From Squalus acanthias (taxonomy: Eukaryota), in assembly GCA_030390025.1 (NCBI GenBank), contig CM059431.1:99326001-99390000 (forward strand): 64,000 nt of DNA. Reading direction: 5' to 3'. The stretch's first letter is position 1, and each line of letters starts with the position of its first letter. The notes under the pieces were generated by a model. That model saw only the letters and a program-made list of their open reading frames with translations, was not told the origin of the DNA and made no database searches. Position numbers and translations under genes: made by a program. Positions 63,154 through 64,000 of the stretch are shown here, in pieces.

Positions 63154-63344
63154 ATTGTTACAGTTTGAAACTCACTTTGCAGTAAATTACAAAGCAAGTT
63201 TAAAAAAATACAGGACGGAGTATATAGTGCATCAAAAAAAATCAAAACTCGGTATTTACATTCTGTACCACAGTAAACACGGGAATAGAAATGTGCTGAA
63301 TGTTCACTTGATCTCCTGATGCTCATCGCTACATATGAAATACG

Positions 63345-63632
63345 AACAAAAAATGCTGGAAACACTCAGCAGGTCAGGCAGCCTCTGTGGAGAGAGAAAC
63401 AGAGTTAACCTCTCAGGTCGATGACCTTTCGTCAGAACTGGAAGATGTTAGAGTTTTAACAGTTTATAAGCAAATACGGAGGCAGGGAAAAGGGGGAGGA
63501 GAACAACAAAAGGGAAGGTCTGTGATAGGGTGGAAGGCAGGAGAGATTAAATGACAAAAGGGTTGATGGTGCAAGGCGAAAGGAGGTGGTAATGGATCAA
63601 GTAAAGAAACAAAGATGGGTTCAGAGGAGGTA
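63345..63632 (-). mobile_element. Penelope-like terminal fragment with a damaged hammerhead
   Basis: GAAAC is mutated to GAGAG within 63403-63439. Confidence 0.65.
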
Positions 63633-63635
63633 TAC

Positions 63636-64000
63636 ATAAGAACATAAAAATTAGGAGCAGGAGTAGGCCATTCGGCCCTTTGAGCCTGCTCTGCCATTGA
63701 CTGATGATCTTCTACTTCAACTCCCACTTTCCCACCCTATCCCCATATCCCTTGATTCCCTAAGTGTCCAAAAATCTATCGATCTCAGTCTTGAATATAC
63801 ACAATGACTGAGCATCCACAGCCCTCTGGGGCATGGAATTCCAAAGATTCACAACCCTTTGAGTGAAGATATTTCTCTTCATCTCAGTCCTAAATGGCTG
63901 ACCCCTTATTCTGAGACTGTGACCCCTGGTTCTAGACTCCTCAGCCAGGGGAAGCATCCTCCCTGTATCTACCCTGTCAAGGCCCTTAAGAATTTTGTAT
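63636..64000 (-). mobile_element. CR1-like LINE 3' fragment (runs off the window)
   Basis: ESRTRGHSLRIRGQPFRTEMKRNIFTQRVVNLWNS. Confidence 0.85.

Overview
Vertebrate genomic DNA, almost certainly a cartilaginous fish (shark), judged from the repeats: an HE1-type V-SINE, SacSINE1-like Deu-domain SINEs, and HER1/CR1 and L2 LINE fragments. No intact, recognisable protein-coding gene is present. Nearly all long ORFs in the track come from decayed LINE ORF2 pieces or from minisatellites. Roughly 1.8-8.3 kb is TE-poor and locally CpG-rich. It looks like the 5' end of an unidentified + strand gene, possibly with a bidirectional promoter at ~2.3 kb and short candidate exons. The rest reads as a long TE-saturated intron or intergenic region with many nested insertions. 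I found no convincing new multi-gene system. The most interesting signals: (1) minimal hammerhead ribozyme motifs in Penelope-like remnants, one with an intact core; (2) a locally templated direct-plus-inverted duplication inserted into a CR1; (3) repeated 33-bp minisatellite expansion at a hairpin inside SINE copies; (4) hAT and Harbinger MITE families with TSDs, one built from chained palindromes; (5) an internally deleted Harbinger element. Coordinates of decayed repeats are approximate. Family names are from recognition, not from a database search.
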